Assembly: GCA_951406725.2 (NCBI GenBank)
Contig: OX597815.1
Location: forward strand, 100,502,001 to 100,566,000
Source of the DNA: Octopus vulgaris
Taxonomy: Eukaryota
Reading direction: 5' to 3'
Length of the DNA stretch: 64,000 nt
Position numbers and translations under genes: made by a program. This document shows positions 60,058-64,000 of this stretch, in pieces. The notes beneath the pieces are model-generated. The model did not search any database. It worked only from the letters and a program-made list of their open reading frames with translations, and was not told the DNA's origin. The first letter of the stretch is position 1; each line of letters opens with the position of its first letter.

Positions 60058-62433
60058 CTACAGAGAGGTAAAAATATAAAAAGATGTCAAATATTTAGAA
60101 CAAAGAGTGTCTGAAATAATTTTTAACGATCATTTCATTCTTTACATATACTTTACACATAGTTAATCACTGTTTATTATCATTTAATATCACTTGTCAT
60201 AATGTCTGAGTTTTTATCAACCCAAATTCAAATCAGCCAAGAAAATCTCAAAAACAACCAAAATCTTTCCTCAGACATTTCTACAAATTAAAGTCTTGGA
60301 TTGACATTAGAAGTCTTAATCTAGTACTATGGACATGTGATTAGAATGTTGCAGGAAAGAATCACAAGATGGATTCTTCTATCCAAGCCAACCAGGAGGA
60401 GACCTAGGGGTAAACCAAGAAAGTGTACAGTTGCTTCTGATAGGACCCTATAGATGAAGTGCCCGAGGAATCTACTCCAACAACCCTCCCAGGAATATTG
60501 GGCAGAGAAGACAGGTGGATGGAATCCTTCAGACAATAACCTCATTTATTTAAGAGCACATATTGACTAATACTGGACAACCAACAAAAATTGAAGTGCT
60601 GCAATGTGTCCTGGCCCCGAGTTCACCTAACTCTAGATACAGCAGGAGTCAGAGTATACTTTACCATTGTAGATAGTGGCAGCACGATAAAATTAAGTCT
60701 TTCATTGGCTTGTAGTGCTGAGTTTAGTTTCTTTAATAGGGAAGTCCAACTACAACAGGCTAGTATCTTGCCCTGAAAGTTTCATCTCATCTGCTGAAAA
60801 GCAGAAATAACTACCTGCCTTATAAAGCCTTGTGACTTGGAAAATATTAGTTTTATAGAAGTGGTGGGGTTGTTACTTTCACACTGCTAAGAGAACAGGG
60901 AGAATATTAGGGATATGATCGAACCAAACTCACAAATATTGGAATTAGAGGATCAGAATAAACTAGATAATAAACTCGTAGTAATATGGTTGGTGTTAAA
61001 ACCGTGCAAAAACAGGCACAGAAGTCTGGTGCAGGCTCCTGTCAAACCATCCAATCCATGCCAGGTTGGAAGGTGGACGTTTAAACAATGATGATGATTT
61101 TCCTTGACAGTTTGCAAAATTCAACTGTTATGAGGAGTAAAGAGAGAAAGTGGTGTGGCTTTGATTGAAAACCAGTAAATGAAAAACAGAATGGAGTGAA
61201 AGAGAAAGAAAGATATATAAATAGGAGAGGGCAGATTATGAGCCAAAGCTTTAAGCAAAGATAAAGATGAAGGAAGGATAGTGGCAGTGGCAATTAGCAG
61301 GAGCAAAGCTGCATCTAGAAATTATCAATATGGCCAAGTTAAACTACCTCAGTAGAGCATTTGGAATACTAAATATTAGGGCAAAGAAAATTGTCAGCAA
61401 ATTCTAAATTTCAAAACAAATTGTAAAATATGTCCCCTGATAAGACATGTGAAGTTTATAGTATTACAACTAATTGATTTTCAGTCATTCTTACTACACA
61501 ATTGTCTTCAACCATCTCCATTTCAACACACAGCATTGATCCTGTTTCCTCTACCAGTCGTTTTCCATTATATTCACTTGACCTCTACTCTGATCTTGTT
61601 TAAGCTTCAACTTTAACAGCTTTCACCTTTTCTTTATCCCCCATCCCCACTTCCATCACCTAACACATCTACACCACCTCTCACTCTCTCTCCTTCCAGT
61701 TTCATTCTTTCTCTTCCACATGCCAACAGCCAAAGCTTAACATTTTCTCTCTCTTCCAAATTCTTACAGAAGTTGAATTGCTGTGAGGCAATTTAACTTC
61801 AAATTCTTGTTCACTAACTGATGCAAACACACACCATCACTACTTTCTTCAGATTACTAATTTTATTCACTTATACTAAAGAATAGAGTAAAAGTAAATA
61901 GGATACAAGCCAAAGAGGCGCAGTCATTCAAAATCTTCAAATCAAAAACCCTACCATTAAAGAAAAAGAAAAGCCATTAGATCATATAATTTTAGATATA
62001 AAATAAAAGGATGCTCATGGTTGGAACACCTTTGATTATGGGTCTGTGGGTTCAAGGCAGACTTGGGACTAAAAACAAATTACATTAGATGTGACACTAA
62101 CTCAACAATTATTTCATATTATAACAGATATTGTATATATTGATTTTAAAATAGGGTTTGATGTTAGGAAATGCATCAGGCCATAAAACACAACCTTAAA
62201 TGTGGAACCTTGATGAATACAAGTAAGTGATAAGGTGAACTCATACTTTAGTAGAAAGAAATGTTTTTAAAATGCATGCACGCATGCACACCACACACCC
62301 AGAGTTTATGCAATTTTACAATATTTGCATATTGAAGAAAATATTTTAAAAAGAAAGTAGAATGTTAAGAGATAAGATGTTACAAATAAGAATATACAAT
62401 AACGATGAAGCGAAGAATATATATGAAAGTTAC

Positions 62434-62576
62434 CTGACTCAGCTGCCATGTCTGCAAGGATCACAGATTCGATAAAGTGTTTGATGTCAAACTGTAGTTT
62501 CCCTTTTTTCAAATAATCAACAAATAGATTACGAACACTGCCTAAAGCCAACAGACATGACTCATGAACTTTCCAC
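62434..62576 (-). CDS. IPO9: Importin-9 exon (2nd in window)
   Basis: WKVHESCLLALGSVRNLFVDYLKKGKLQFDIKHFIESVILADMAAES; cag|..|gtaact. Confidence 0.93.
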
Positions 62577-63226
62577 CTGCAAGAACAAGGTTAAACAAAA
62601 TGTAAATTGTCTTCCTATGTTATTGTTTCATAAGTTAGAGGAGGAGCAACAATGCCCATAACTGTTGTAGGCTCTTCCAGAACTAATGAGGATGTGCAGT
62701 TGGAGCATTTAGACACTGATAACAGTAGTAAAAATATACACTTTGAGAGTAGTTCAGTTCTGCAGAGAAGGATTGGGCAAAGTGTTTAATAAAAGAATAG
62801 AGGAGGAGAGACAAGTGGGCCTGAGTAGAAAAGGTATTACAGATGACTGGTTTGTGAGTAAAGGGTGTTGTAATAAAGGTAAGAGAGACACAGAATTACA
62901 GTGTAATTAGTGAATCTTAGTACATTAATAGTAATAATATTAATGCTATGTAAATGTGAGCAATGCCATAATGCAGGTCATACTCAAGCATTGGTGTGAG
63001 CCAAGTCTCAACCAACTGCATGACTAAATTTATGGATGTTTGTAAGTACTCAATGGTCCAAGCACACCAGATATGAAGACAGGGACAGTGTACATTACAT
63101 GCAAACAGTTATATAAGCAGAATTCTAAATCATGATTTTAGGTGGTCAGTATGTCAACTGATCATTCACTCTCAATATGGTTTAAATAATAAAAATTTTT
63201 TAACGAAAAAAAATTTTAATTCCTAC

Positions 63227-63333
63227 CAATTGGGATTACCAGCATTTTTGTCAAGCTCTGCCTGTTGTATGTGTTGGGTAAAGGCTTGACATAGCGCTGG
63301 GGCACTTTCATTAGGAAACTCAGCAGCAAGGGA
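63227..63333 (-). CDS. IPO9: Importin-9 exon (first in window; upstream exons lie beyond 64000)
   Basis: SLAAEFPNESAPALCQAFTQHIQQAELDKNAGNPN(W); cag|..|gtagga. The 15 exons sum to 1905 nt in a single open frame. Confidence 0.88.
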
Positions 63334-64000
63334 CTGTAAAGGAAGGGAAACAATATATAGAAAAAAAAGAACAAAAGGGGATAAGTAGAGGAGGAAATGG
63401 GGAAGAAAGAGACAAAAGGAAAAGGTTTCAGTTAAACAGGAAAGTGAAAATGAATAAAAAGAAGGGAACATAGTTTATGCTTGCAACAGAAAAGGGACTG
63501 AGAAACTTAGTTTATATTTCTGAGTGATAAGATAATGGTAAGTTACACATTGTTAGCAGAAACAGAGTTAAAGAACATTTCAAGAAAATAATTACAAGTA
63601 GGAAAACCAACCAACAACAAATCTTGTGCAGATATTCTAACAGAATAGGAAAATGTATCATCATCTTCATCTTCCACAAACTGATCAGGATCACCGCTCC
63701 ATAACCGCACCTATTTAAAATGGTAAAAGAAGCTGTGTGTAAGAAAAAATTAGTCACATCTATGACACTTAGAATTTAAGAATATACAATAGCACAACAT
63801 AAATATTATCATACGGTATCTAACCTGCAGTATCGGCTTTGTTGTTCACTCAGCTAAAACAAGAATTGGTTAGGAAGAGGAGGAAGAAATAAGTGTCTAA
63901 ACTTTGCATGTGCAGCATGTTTTGTTTTGAACACTCAATGTCAACATTTGCAGGAAAAGGAGAGAGAAGGAATTTCCAAAGGTTTCTGTTCTGGAGAGAA

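Overview
AT-rich, repeat-dense animal genomic DNA. The SINE/LINE families, the (TA)n/(CA)n/(GAT)n microsatellites and the gene structures point to an octopus or other coleoid cephalopod (inference, not database-confirmed). Three host genes are supported: intronless WDR18 (3724-5067, +), intronless ARL6/BBS3 (11653-12225, +), and the last 15 coding exons (634 aa) of importin-9/IPO9 on the minus strand (63333 to 35784), including one GC-AG intron. The rest is mobile DNA: SINEs, RTE and CR1 LINE fragments, mariner and piggyBac MITEs, and a Helitron-like element. The best candidate 'system' is centred on (TA)n microsatellites. It comprises a young, 5'-truncated Penelope-like retroelement (RT plus C-terminal GIY-YIG, one 1-bp frameshift) with a canonical hammerhead ribozyme at its 3' end, a second unrelated intact hammerhead in a short TA-flanked unit, several decayed hammerhead/PLE remnants, and five fold-back palindromes of mutually unrelated sequence abutting TA/CA tracts. 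No tRNA, rRNA or CRISPR features are supported. All alignments and folds were done by eye.
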